Below are positions 1-13,017 of a stretch of 64,000 nt of DNA, piece after piece; the stretch's first letter is position 1, and the number at the start of each line of letters is the position of its first letter. This stretch comes from Azolla caroliniana (taxonomy: Eukaryota > Plantae > Polypodiophyta), in assembly GCA_043228905.1 (NCBI GenBank), contig JBHGNT010000001.1, forward strand, positions 32,860,001 to 32,924,000. Reading direction: 5' to 3'. Below the pieces are notes generated by a model. It was not told the DNA's origin and did no database searches. It worked only from the letters and a program-made list of their open reading frames with translations. A program made the position numbers and the translations under genes.

Positions 1-3
1 CAG

Positions 4-1264
4 ATACCACTTCAACGTTATAGATGAACGCATAGATCAGTATGTTCACAAGGGTTACGAAGATGGCCTGTATATCAGCAGTGTGGCTTCTAGTGCAAAT
101 CTTTGGGCTCTTATCATGGATGCTGGAACAGGATTTTCAGGACAAGTGTATGAGTTATCCCAGTTGTTTTTCCATAAGGTTGTTTCTTAGGTCATGGTAT
201 AAGTCTCTATTATCATTGAAGACAGGGATCTTCTCCAAGGCCATTGTTTATTAATTACTAATTACATCACAGGAGTGGATTATGGAACAATGGGAACAGA
301 AGTATTATATCAGTGCTGTTGCTGGTTCCGACAATGGCAGTGCTTTGGTGGTCATGTCAAAAGGTACCATTGTTCTAAATTTATTATTTGGAGTTCCGTA
401 AGGCACAAACATAGCAATGACAAAATTCAAATAAGGTGTTGCTGCAATCTATGAAGGTTTTGACTGGCAGTCCTGATGATCACAGTAATTGGAAAATCCC
501 GGGTTGTATATTGAGATGAAAACAAATGTTTTTCCAATGCATTTAATCATATTGCTAGAGTGTGTGCATCCAAGGCCTGCCTGCTTTTCTTTCTGCCATT
601 TTTCAAGCAGGGGAATATTTTATGTATCCTCTTTCATTTTTGTCGTTTGCTAATAGGTACACCATTCACTCAACAATCCTACAAAGTTAGTGAATCATTT
701 CCTTTCAAATGGATTAGCAAGAAGTGGAGAGAAGGATTCCACGTCACTTCTATGGCTACAGCTGGAAGCCGCTGGGGGATAGTAATGTCCCGCAATGCTG
801 GTTTTACAGATCAGGTTAGCATGATTCCTATTAATTATACTGCCACTATCGTGGTTAGCATGTGTTCTTTCAACGTTATTACATTTTTCATTCTGATATA
901 TTGTAGGTTGTGGAGCTTGATTTTTTGTATCCAAGTGAGGGTATACATCGTCGGTGGGATACTGGCTACCGAATCACAGCCACCGCTGCTACAACAGATC
1001 AAGCAGCTTTTGTATTGAGTGTACCGAAAAAGAAATTGACTGATGAGACACAAGAGACTTTGCGTACGTCGGCCTTTCCTAGTACACATGTGAAGGTCTG
1101 GTCTGTTAACAATGTTGTTTGTATTATGTTTTATATGCATTTTAATCTTGCCATCAAAAGATAAGTCACAATACTGATGTAGTTGTTTTTTTGTTGTTTG
1201 ATAGGAGAAATGGTCAAGAAATTTATACATAGCATCTGTCTGCTATGGACGGACTGTATCATAG
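4..1264 (+). CDS. MLK: 3' part of a plant casein kinase 1-like (MUT9-like kinase / HD16 / PPK family) gene; C-terminal domain only, 5' part lies outside the window
   Basis: Spliced exons 4-178, 273-363, 657-814, 907-1095, 1205-1264 (all GT-AG) give ...YHFNVIDERIDQYVHKGYEDGLYISSVASSANLWALIMDAGTGFSGQVYELS...EWIMEQWEQKYYISAVAG...GTPFTQQSYKVSESFPFKWISKKWREGFHVTSMAT...VVELDFLYPSEGIHRRWD...EKWSRNLYIASVCYGRTVS*, the characteristic MLK/HD16 C-terminus. Confidence 0.93.
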
Positions 1265-3584
1265 GGTTACATGGGAACCCCACAAGTCTATAAAAAAAGT
1301 GCAATGTTTTCCAATTATGCCATTTGGCTTCTATAGCTCTATATAGACTGAGCTTCGTTCGTGCCTTTTGACCTACATTTCAGATTTATGCAGGAAGCAT
1401 TGTGATGATATGAGAGGGCTTCTTGTTAATTTTGCCACCTGCCCTTACAACCTCCATTATACAGGGTGCCCAAAAGTGTAAAAATGAGACTCCCCGTGGA
1501 GGGTAAGTGGCTGGGAGGAGCACTTTACATGACGATACTCCCTGAATGTGATGAGATCACAAGGGTTTAAGCATGAGTTGAACCTTACAGATCCACTTTT
1601 TTTGTCCAAATGGAAGTATATTAAATATATGAGCTGGTAAAGAACTGATTTGTTCTTGAAAGTGATCTTTTGTACCCTGAGTAAATGGAACTTTCAGATT
1701 CTATTGAGAGATTATCACAAGTGAGGTCAAGATATTATTATTGAGGTGTGTGCACAATCAACCTTCTCAGACGCTTACTAGAATACATATAGAACCTTCA
1801 AGTGGTGAAGATTTATGTGCACACAGTTATGATGCAGTTTGGTTTCCTTGCCTTTGGGAAAGATATAATATAGAGCAAGAATGTCATCCTAATCAAGCAC
1901 AATATTAATGTAAGCCATAACTCGTATAAGGTTGGATGTCTCAAAATGCATTATTGAGAAAATCCTTTTGCATGTTATGTTAATCGTTGCTAGCATAGTG
2001 TTGATTTAGTTATGTTATGATTAAAAAATGACAATCAAATAGAATATAGGATGAGCTAAAGAAGCTTAGATCGGAGGTTGAACTCTTCAATAGACATATT
2101 AGTGGTGTTAGTGCTATGATGGCAACATGGAGCATTGCTCTTTGGTGGTACCCTTGGTTGGTATTTGCTCAAGGTCAAGCCAATTCTTGGGAAATAATCA
2201 TTTGAAGTATTTTGTTTGCTCCTTGTGGTCTCAAACTCAATGAAAAAGAAAAAGACTTTAGCTAGAGTGCGGTGATATAACTTTATACCATGCAAATGAT
2301 CCCTCCATGAATTGAAAATAAACTCATCGAGTTCGAGAATGGCTACAATGTTTTTAAAGTTTCATGTAACACTTTTAACCCCCTACGGATTCATGTATCA
2401 CTTCATTGATTTCCCATATTGGCAAATGATGAAAGCATGTTTCATTAGAAATCCTGATCCCCAATGTACACAACCCTGGATAAGGAAAATATGGTTGGTT
2501 ATTACATTATTTTATGTTGCTATAGGTCAAAGGATTAATGTGTAACGTTTGAACGTTGGCATTGGACATGGAAATCTTGTCCTCTAGCAAAGAGTTTTCA
2601 CTACACCTGTTTTGTTATTTTATATTTGTGTTTCTTTGCTCTCCGTGCATCTATGTGCTTCTTTGTGCTTATTTCGTAAAGTGACTCTTTTGTCCTATCT
2701 TTTCTCTTCTGTACGTTAAATATTATTGGATTGAAAAGTGATATGAATTTGCTTTGGCCACTCCCTCACCACACTAAGTACATATTATTGGAAGGCTAAT
2801 TTTTCAAATAATGAGTTGGTCTATCATTCTTGGTTGTTTGTTGAGGTGGAGATAAAAAAGGCAATTTCTTTCAAAAGGAAATTGCTTACTTGACAACATG
2901 TTTTGGCTTCACACTAAAAATCATATCAAAGGGTTAATTGGGTATATGATGTTCTTGGTTATTTTGCTTGTCTTGTACACTAAAAGGTTTTTTGTCAAGC
3001 TAGAGCTTGAACATGTATAGTTAGGTTTTACCTCAAAGCTTTCCAAATGAGATTACTTCCATGTGATATCATTTAATGGGTTTACACTTAATATGTTTTA
3101 TACATTGATTGAATGAATTCATGGTATTCCTCTATGTGGTACAAAGAGGTTATTTATTTGGATTGGCATATTTTGTTATAGTATTAGTCTCATATGCTAC
3201 ATGTCTCGAGTATCAATAGATCAAGGCAAATAAAAAAGGTGTGGAAGGATTTGTATAACATCATCGATTTGAAGAGACCAAAGCGAGTCAAAATGGTGTC
3301 ACATGCCTATGAAGGAACATCTAGTTATCTTACAAATTTTGCGTATGGTGTATTGTTACAAATTACAATCAAGCTGATTTTGTTTGGACACTTGTATTTA
3401 TCATTGTATGTAGACTTGTTGGCTTGCTATTGTTCCTCGTCACCCATTCTCTAAAAAGTCATTTATATCTTTGGTGTTCAACCCGCGGACATCAACTCAT
3501 TGCCATCATTTTTACATGGATTTTATACTAACATACAAATTCTTTCCCAAACTTTTTATTCATATCATTTGCTTATTTTATAAA

Positions 3585-3985
3585 TTTCCCACCAATGAAA
3601 ATCCTTTAATGTTTATTATGATGACTATTTTTTATGCCTTACTTTGTTGAATGTCCCATGAATAACCCCATAATGTTTGTTATGGCTCTCATAACATGGG
3701 ACGACCATATTGTATACCTTATTATGTGAAATGTTTCTCATCTCACATGGTGTAAATATTCTTTGTGGGTTTGGGTTTACTTTAAATTTCCCACTGAAGA
3801 CTACTTAACATTTGTTTTGGCTCTATTTTGTAGGCCTTATTTTGTTGAATGTCCTTCCCAATGACCCCTTGATGTTTGTTATGGCTCTCGTAACTATTTC
3901 GACCTTGTTTTGTTTAATGTTTCTTACCTACCATGTTGTAAATACTCTTTATGGGATTCGGTTTTCGCAAGTTTCCCCACTAGTA
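3585..3985. repeat. Degenerate ~198-bp direct tandem repeat (about 2 copies)
   Basis: tttgttgaatgtcc...atgtttgttatggctctc recurs at ~3643 and ~3842; aaatttcccac/aagtttcccca at ~3583, ~3784, ~3969. Confidence 0.6.
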
Positions 3986-6900
3986 ATAATGCGCTTTGTG
4001 GGGGAAAAAACAAAAGGTGTGTGCGCGTGTGATTCGTGGCATTGTGGATATGACATAGTGTGGCAATAGACAAGATGTCTACAATTGCAAGTGTTCATCG
4101 TCTAGCGTTATTGATTGCGCGAAAACATAGAGATTGAAAAGGACTCTTGAATGTGGACAAATGGGTTGGACATTCTTTTAGGAGACTTGTAGGAGAGTAG
4201 AGATTTATGGTGTGGGTCCCATGCCACCCGCACGTGATGTCATCCTCGCCCATCAATTCTTTATTTCCATTAAAACAATTCCTTTCCTCTCTCTCTCTCC
4301 TTATGTCCTATCTATTTATTTATCATACTGCTTTTCTTATCCTATATGTGATGAGCCTTTGTTTTTTTCTATTGAACTTTTGTTAGTACTATATGACTAT
4401 AGAATGAAGTGCATTAAATTGTCCATCTTTTGCTTCATCAACCTCAATGCTATTTACTACATAGTACATACTACAACTTATATATGCATATATGTAGAGA
4501 GAGAGGTTTCAACACGTCAATATTGTATACATATTACATCATGTTCCCCGAATGCGTCTTTGCATTACAGAGTACTATCCTTCATGCACTCTTAGAGAAA
4601 ATACACACATACATGGTAGTGTCAAGCCATGGTGGTGACGAAAAAACTCGGTTGTCCTAATATCCTTATACATTAATCACACAAAAGAACGTCCATACAA
4701 GGATAATCATATTGCATAAGATTTTTGTTTGTCATGGTTGCTTTCCATCATTGGAGTATGACAAATCCTAGACAAGATGGGTTTTTATCAAATTGTTTCC
4801 TATTGTCACTTTACCTTCTATATGTGCTATTCATTTTTGCTTTGGTCTAAGGGAGGAGCAAGAAGCTCACCTACATGTGAGGGATCATGCCAAGATCAAA
4901 CCTTCCTTGTAAGTTTGTATGACAACCAAAACCTTTCAACCATTAAAAGATCCACATGTTGAGGATAAGCAAAGAAATCAACTTCAAGAGTCAATGTTAA
5001 GGGTATTATTAGTGGTTGTTATTACGTTTTAGATTAGTGTTTATAGTTGATTGTTTTCCATCCTGATTCCTCAACTCAATTGACTACATATATGATCATT
5101 TGTTTACATATTAAGCAAGAAGTATCCAAATGTAGACAAACTCACATATTTAGAAAGTTTGTTATATAAGATGATCAAATTATCAAACTTTTGATGGCCT
5201 CAAAGGCCGCTTGTAGTGTGGAACATTGGGCACAATGTAGCTTTTTTTTGCACCTACGCCTTTGGTTTTATGCATTTGGTTGTTTTTCCATCTCTAGAAC
5301 TTACTCTTGTGTGAACATAATATATTGATAACTTACAAAGTCTGGATGAACTCATTCCTAAATGCAAATTTTCTATTTGGTTCAAGTAATACAAATATGT
5401 TGCCATCCACAATAACGTTATCCTACTTCAAGAAGAATGTAAGCTGTCAAAACTTTGAAATACATGTTCTTTTTACTCAATCACAAGATTGAGTTATTAA
5501 TCTTCTAAATCGTTAGCTCTATGATAGAATGAACTAGAACCGCCATAGATTTTGTGCATCTCGTAATTCACAACATATTTGTAACTTCATTTCTCTTGAT
5601 AATGAGATGTTACATACATAGTACAAGATGACGTATTGCCATGTGTTTTTTAATCTAATGTGATGATTTGGAGCAAAGAGTGAGGGGAATATATGACATA
5701 ATGATGAATCTTCACATGGGGCTGACTACATAAGAATATTGAATAGATTGGTATATTTGTTTCTTACAAGCAAAACAAACCCAATAAAAACGTCCAATTC
5801 TCATCACAAAAGATGCAAAAACCAATGTGGTACATTGGCTCTTATTCACACACATTGACATGAATGGATTAAGCCTTAGAAACTGATTGAAAGGTGACAT
5901 GTAACAAATCAAAGTATGAAGAAGGGCTTAGTTTTCCACAGATATTATACTGCTTTAAACATACAAATTCAAACTATGCTTCAAAAACAATAGATTGCCT
6001 CGAGAACAAGGAATTTTAGAAAAACAATATAGCTATTTCTTCAACTTGAGTTGACACCTCACACAAACTTTCAAACTAGGATTCCCAAAAGAATTAGCAA
6101 CCATTTTAGAGAGGAAGTGCTAAGAAAGCACGTGTAGTTTGTCACCAAGTTATCTTAAGGTGACTAGATTTCCAAGAATTTTTAACTTTTGCTTTTCAAA
6201 CTTCTATTGTGAACACTCTACTATCTAGAGAGTTAACTTGAGTTTGAAGCTAGATCATATACCATATTTCTATTTGATAAGGTTTTGCGTGTATATGTTA
6301 GACACATATCTATACTACACACAGAAACATGACATCTATATGCTTTACAATATTTTAACCAAACATCTTGGGGGGAGGACCACCTGGTGAGAAATGAAAT
6401 AGGAGAGTGGAAGTAAAGCCATTTATATTCATTCATTTTCCTACACGTCTTTTATTCTTCTCCTAGTAGCACTAGTGTGAGTGAAATGGGACTCAAGAAA
6501 CTTGTTTGATACAATTTTCTAACCAATCGAAGGATTTCTCAATAATTTCCTTCTCCCGCCATCTTAAGTAGCCATATATAAAATTAATTTGTTTTCTTGG
6601 CAACCATCCTTGTGTCTTTGTTGTCTCCAAACTTGCCTCTATCATATGTTGGCGATACTTCTATGCAAGATTGTAGTATATGACAACCTTGCAACAAAAC
6701 ATGCAATATCCAATGGTAGAATCATTTGGTTTTCCTTCTTATGATGTAACGTCAAGATCGGGCAAAACATGTTGCAGCCACACATCTTCCTTTGTAAAAG
6801 CAATCGTGTTTTCTAAATAGATATGCTTTTAATGCCAAAATAAAGCACTACCTCAAAAATTTTGACATGTTCTTATTTACACAAATTAGAGATCTGTTAA

Positions 6901-7777
6901 TCACAAAAGGTGATGAGCCAAGATAAATTTACTTTCAATGATCATAAATATATTGATAGTTGAAAACATTGTATTGAGGGAAGCTGTATAATGTATAAAG
7001 AAACAATTGGAGGAAAAGGGCAAGTAATGTAACCCCACATTTGCCACTGAATTCTAATCCTTGTATTAATACGTCTGATTGGCACAATGTCCTAGTTAAT
7101 GAATAGGCTTTAGCACCATTTGCAATGTATAATAAAAGGAATAAAATGAGCTCAAATCATTTGAAATAACTGAACCTACACTCCTTTTAAACATATACAT
7201 ATATGCATGTATGTATGTTGCCCCTTTTTCTTTCCATCAACAGGAAGTGGCATAACAAATGGGCTAGAGCACTTACAAGTGATCTCTTGTCCACTTAGCT
7301 CTACAAAAGAGGGTCATACAAATAGATGTAGGTAGGATCTTATTATTTTTACATCAATGTTGGACATAGGCTATATCTATCTATATTCAAAAACCAACTT
7401 GGCAAAGACATGCCTCTCTAGAACATAACAAGAGTAGCCATGTCGTTGGGCACCCCCGCATCTAAATCTATATATATAACGTTAGACCCGAGAGACAATT
7501 GCACCTAGTGCACACTCCCGCAACCTTTATTTTAGTATTTCCCGTGGTTGCGATCATAAAGATAAGTATGTACAAAAAACTTTGGGCTGAAACATTATGT
7601 CCACACCTCAGGTTGCCCACTGGGACCCCAATGGGGCCATGACCACAACCATGACCATGACCAACTTGACTGAATGCTAGTAGTTCCGCGGTTAAGCCAG
7701 AGATTGCAATGCTGTTTGTTTGGTTGTTTGTTTGTATGTTTGTTTATTTGTTTGTATGCCTTTTTGTTTCTTTTCCT

Positions 7778-7970
7778 TCAAATCCGATCGCCATCGAGTG
7801 TGATGCGTTGGTGTCTGCACTCCGCGGAACAAAAGGCCTGGTCACCTCTGTCATGAGACAAAACAATTAGAAAACAAGTGGATTAGGATGGAAAGTATAC
7901 AGACAGATCAATCGTTGAATAGTATCAAATCAGCCAGCAGTACTAGCAGTAGTCTTAGTAGGAGGAAGAA

Positions 7971-8015
<45 letters not shown>

Positions 8016-9186
8016 GAGTAGTAGAAGAAGAAGAAGATTGTAGTAGGAGTTCTAGTGGTAGTAGTTGTAGAAGTGGTAGAATTTGTATTTATATACTACA
8101 AAACAGCACCATTGTATCAGTTTAAAAGGAGAATAATGCGATGCATTATGACAATCTATGTAATGACGATCGAAAGTGTGTGCAGGAATCTATGCAATCG
8201 CTGCTAGACAGGAGGCGCATTGTGATAGTTTGTGGTAGGAGTAATAGTAGGCGTGGGAGTGGGAGATTTGTGTTTACATGCTAGAGAGCAGCACCAATTT
8301 ATCAGTTTGAGAAAGGAGAATAATGCAACGCATTATGACATGCCATGGCGACACAAAATGTGTGCAGAAATCTATGTGATCGCAACTAGACAGTACGGTC
8401 ATTCTGCTAGTTTTATTTATTTCTCCTGTTTTTTTTTATGTTTTACCTGTACATGTAGATATCTCTTCCTTGGGAAATAGGCCCATTGCAAAAACAGCAG
8501 GAACTCAGAAAATTCTTCTTCAATCCGCCATAGCTGGAAACAGAAGAAAATGAAAAAGAAGCAGAAAATATAGAGTTCTCCACAACAGCGTCGTCGTCGT
8601 CGTCGTCATCCTCGCACTCTTCTTCTTCACTACCGTTATCACCATTGTCTTCGTTTCTTTCTTCTTCTCCAGCTACTACATCTTCTTCAGCTGCTTCGAG
8701 TTCTGAATGACCTTCAGTCGATACCTCTAATTCTTCAGAAGAACTGATCAGCAGTTTAGTTAAAAGAGAACACGGACTAGTAGACGGCCTCACCGAAGAG
8801 TAATACTTCGGTGCAGGATGATCCATCGTCGTGTCTAGCACAGACCTAGGGCTCTCGCATGGAGAATTAGGTATTCTAGTGTTCTTCTTTTCTGTGTAAC
8901 TGCTATTACTGCTGTTGCTGTTGATAACATGATTGTGGAGTTCGAAGCCGAAGACTACAGGATGTGATGGAGGAGGGAGTGGAAAAGAAGGAACTTCAAT
9001 GCAAGCTCTGTCTTCGTCTTCGCCAAATACTTCTTTTTCACCTTTTTCTTCTTCTCCTTTTCCTTTGGCGGTGTCTCTTTGATTCCCATAGCTGAAGACC
9101 GGTATGTTCAGCTGAGTTTGGCTGCTTGTTCTGTGCAGGAGTTGAGAAGAGCTATGGAGATGACGAGAGAGTATAACGGAAGCCGT
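7778..9186 (-). CDS. FLZ: FCS-like zinc finger (FLZ, DUF581) protein, SnRK1-interacting family; 2 coding exons; start uncertain (ACG at 9186 proposed, first in-frame ATG at 8826)
   Basis: Exon 1 ends at 8447 (AG|GTAAAA); exon 2 is 7847-7778. The joined peptide FLSSCCFCNGPISQGRDIYMYR/GDQAFCSAECRHQRI is the CX2CX17-19FCSX2C FLZ domain. An acidic low-complexity region and an SPRSVLD motif lie N-terminal to it. Confidence 0.9.
7972..8022. repeat. (AGT)n microsatellite in the FLZ intron
   Basis: About 14 uninterrupted AGT units followed by a short imperfect tail. Confidence 0.9.
8104..8393. repeat. Degenerate duplicated segment (~105 bp, offset ~185 bp) in the FLZ intron
   Basis: cagcacca..tatcagttt..aaaggagaataatgc..gcattatgaca...tgtgtgcag.aatctatg..atcgc..ctagacag occurs at 8104-8211 and 8289-8393. 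Confidence 0.75.
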
Positions 9187-9645
9187 GGTGAAGATCTGAT
9201 CAGAAACAAAAGTGAGAGAAAAGAAGACGGAGAAGCAGCTAGGATCTGTGTGAGAAAATATAACAGACTCCAGAGATGAAGGAGGTTGAAGAAATAGGGC
9301 AAATTTAGGCTGAGTAATAAATATGTGAGTATATTGATGAATTGTCGAGAATGCGAGGGAGTGAGAGAATGCAGATCTCAGATTTAGGCGATGGCTATGG
9401 TGATGGTGATGGTGCGTGTAGCAGATCAGGAAAGGTCAGAAGGTGATCCGGATTAGAGGGTCGGAATGGCAAAATGTTGCTGAGACAGAGAGAAAGAAAG
9501 GGATGGGAGGTTTTGAAAGGCGTGGGGGGACCTTGCGTGAGGTAAGAATGCTTGGCTATGGCGGAATGGTATGAAGAAAAGAAAAGGAAGAGATGAAGAA
9601 GGTAGGGTAGGCAGCTAGCTACGAGAGACATGGCCCCTCTCTCAG

Positions 9646-9655
9646 ATTTAAATAT
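9646..9655 (-). promoter_or_regulatory. Probable TATA-like box of the FLZ gene
   Basis: Minus strand reads CATATTTAAATC, preceded by a (TTC)n tract (9661-9699) and followed by a pyrimidine-rich leader typical of plant 5' UTRs. Confidence 0.4.
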
Positions 9656-9660
9656 GCACA

Positions 9661-9699
9661 GAAGAAGAAGAAGAAGAAGAAGAAGAAGAAGAAGAAGAA
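9661..9699. repeat. (GAA)13 microsatellite
   Basis: Direct reading of the sequence. Confidence 0.9.
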
Positions 9700-9926
9700 G
9701 AGAGAAGCGGAAGACCAGGTCACCTTAACCATGGTTAAGTTATATGCCGTCAAGTTCCAGACGTCCGTCTCTTCAGACGGAGGAGGCATACCATACGTGA
9801 AGAAGGTAAATCCTTAATGGACGGATAGATCCATGTATGGATGCAAAGACCATGCATGCATGCATGTCCTGTTATTGTTACAACCATGCATTTTTCTTTC
9901 TTTCTTATACACGCAATGTGTAAGAA

Positions 9927-10138
9927 TGTATGTATGTATGTATGTATGTATGTATGTGTGTATGTGTATGTATGTATGTGTGTGTGTATGTGTATGTATG
10001 TGTATGTATGTATGTATGTATGTATGTATGTATGTATGTATGTATGTATGTATGTATGTATGTGTATATATGTATGTATGTATGTATATGTATATGTATG
10101 TATATGTATGTGTATGTATCTATCTATCTATCTATATA
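9927..10138. repeat. Compound (TATG)n/(TG)n/(TATC)n microsatellite
   Basis: About 210 bp of TATG units with TG and TA interruptions, ending in TATC units; it explains the spurious MYVCMYVC ORFs. Confidence 0.95.
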
Positions 10139-12481
10139 TGAGCCATGTGGTCTTGTTGTGCCCGTCTCCACTTCCATTTGGATCTCGTTACTTCTACCTT
10201 TACTCGGATCGCAAATATTATCAAATATTTTGCATATGTTGTCGATAATAAATTGTGGGTGTAGGGGTTGGTTTGATATGTATGCATTGTTGTGTTTACT
10301 CGAACCTACCCTTCCCCACCCCGATCCCCCACTCTTAGAACAAACTAACATGAACGCTTTCAATTAGTTTTCAATTCTAACGCGTGCACTAATCACACCG
10401 TGCTTTTTTACACAGTCACGAATAAACACATGAGTGTCATTGTTTTCCCTGTTTCGTGCGAATTTTTTAGTTCTCATTTCCCAGTTTGTTGGATTGATGC
10501 GAGGGAGCGGGAGCGGGAAAGAGGCACGGAGTGCCAATGTGAGATTGTCAATTGGAAACGTTGATGGGTGATGGGTTTTATATCATAAACCTTCATTTGG
10601 TTGTAACCTTGGGACCTTAGTTTATCAAGGGTTGTTGACTAGGTTCGATGTATTTGCATGATACATGCTTAAAATAGGTGATCCCAACCCTCCCAAATTA
10701 AAAAGAGGGGGGAGATGATGACCCTCTAACTAGCTTGTGTATGAAGTTCAATGATTATAGTGGTTGGTCTTCTTCCATTTGGACCTCATCTAGTTGTAAC
10801 CAAGGGATTTTTTTAGTCTAGAACTTTTTCTATCATCAAGTTGACTAAGTTCATTGTATTTGTATATTTACAAGCTATACCCAAAGTGATCACTTAGACA
10901 TGATGGCCATCTACTCTATCAATAAGCAAACATGCACCCACACTAGTGTGTGCACACACATATTCAAAAATGAAAGGAAGTACTAGTTATTTGAGTCTAA
11001 TGAAGTTTAGCTCGTCTCTCTTTCTGTTTATACGAAAACTCACCCTCATAGCCAACACTCAAAGCTTTATATACCCACTTAAGAGCTTTTTTGTGTGTGT
11101 GTGATGCAAAGCAAAGTGCTAAAAATGATGAGTTCACATGCACAATCAACACACCAAGGGTATGATGGGTCCAATCACATCATAACCCCATTCTTGTATG
11201 TACATATACTCCAATGGTTAATGCAATTGCTCATTGCATTGAGCCTAACAATAAACAATCGTGAAGCGTGGGCTAAGTAAGATATAAACGCTTGCATTAT
11301 GTATGTAACCCACAGATCTAACATGCACACAATATTCAATATCTGTACAATTTGTTCACCTTAATTAATACTTGGTTCAAAAATAAAAAAATCCAAGCAT
11401 CTTTTAATATCCGGTTATGATCGTGAAAAAGCTATTTTTTATGTCTTCCTCTATGAGCTCATGTGCAAAAATATTAATTGGCACACATGTCCCATATGTA
11501 CGTGTGTATCCAACCTCACCTTGATTTTTCCTATTTGATTTCATCATTGATGTCTACCTCAAGTTGGGGCGCGTTTTGTCAACATGTATCAATATTTTTG
11601 GGCCTCTATATGCATATAAATTACTTTACTTATTTAGGCATGCGTACCAATTTAGGATAAAATGTCATCATCTTCATAACCAATGGTTACGAAAAGAAAA
11701 TGAATGGACACCCATGTCATATGTAAGACCTCATATCAATTCTTAACACTTATTTTTAATTTGTATGCCCTTGCAGCAATGATACATCGATGGTGGTCTA
11801 GAAAGAAACAATTGTAAACTTCATGCATGCATTTAATTCATGGATATGGTTACATGGGCATACCATGTCTATAGACTCTAGAGCCCTCGTAAATTCATAT
11901 GGGTCATTCATCTGTTGCTCTATCATCTCATGTCCCGTCAAAGTTCGGATCATGATTCTTATACAAGTACGTCTTTGTTTTGTTGTGCATACTTGGACTC
12001 GTATGTACCATCATCATCATCCATGGCACATGGTCCCATTAGGCTTATATGTAGTGTAGTGATGCTCATTCCTTTCCTAATACTAACAACCCATCATGAT
12101 TTCAATGGGTACTATTTCCTCTCTTCTTTGGACGTATCTTCTCACATAGTTGTCATTCACGAGAATCTTTAACCATGCATGTTTTCGTCTCTCTTAAATA
12201 CACACATCTTCGAGTTACTTTACTTTAAATTGGGTTAAAAATCTACTCGTATTGATATAGAATCCCAAAGTTCTAATAAACTTTATATATAGGCTTTCAT
12301 CGAAAATTGAGCTCTTTTTGTCATATACATGATTCATTATGCTCTTTATAGAATGGACATTCAACCTCATTCACACACAACAAGTAGTGTACATGAAAAT
12401 GATAGGTAGATAGAAGTCCAAAATTAATAAAATAAAGAGTTGAGCAATTACATGATTACACGTATATTTTTGGAACTATGC

Positions 12482-13017
12482 ACCACGCTTGGTCATTTGT
12501 CTAAGTACTAGTTTGTCTTGTATCGCGAGTGCCGATATATAATAATGTGCCACTTACAACAAAAGAACCATCTTAATTATATCTCGAGGGCTATAAGTCT
12601 CTGGTCTTGACGTGCCAATTTTTGAACCTCATCCATATGTTTATTCTAGAGCTACAAAATGGGCCCTACAACACATTTCGTTAATGTTTTATATGATGAT
12701 GAAATGTTTAGGCATAAGAATCTCATTCTTACTTATGATTAATTATCTTCGCTTAGTCGTTTGTCTCAGTACCACGCTTGGCCATTTGTCTAAGTACTAG
12801 TTTGTCCTGTATCGTGAATGCCGATATATAATAACATGCCACTCACAACAAAAGAACCATCTTAGTTATAGCTCGAGGGTATAGGTCTCTAGTCCTGATA
12901 TGCCAAGTTTTGAACCTCATCCATATGTTTATTCTAGAGCTACAAAATGGGCCCCAACCCTACAACACATTTTGTTAGGCATAAGATTTCCATTTTTACT
13001 TGTGATTAATTATCTTC
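12482..13017. repeat. ~289-bp direct tandem duplication (2 copies; second copy has an internal deletion)
   Basis: accacgcttgg.catttgtctaagtactagtttgtc...aaaagaaccatctt...tttgaacctcatccatatgtttattctagagctacaaaatgggccc starts at 12482 and 12771. Confidence 0.9.

Noticed and set aside
2000-7000. Long AT-rich intergenic stretch with short ORFs, possibly decayed transposon sequence
   Set aside because: No recognisable RT, integrase or transposase motifs, LTR pair or TIRs could be identified by eye.
9395-9631. 78-aa ATG ORF upstream of FLZ as a uORF or signal-peptide protein
   Set aside because: Its ATG lies only about 15 nt from the putative TATA box, probably upstream of the TSS. The composition reflects a CT-rich leader.
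9833-10367. Three overlapping 100-145-aa ORFs (MYVCMYVC...)
   Set aside because: They are translations of a TATG/TG microsatellite, not genes.
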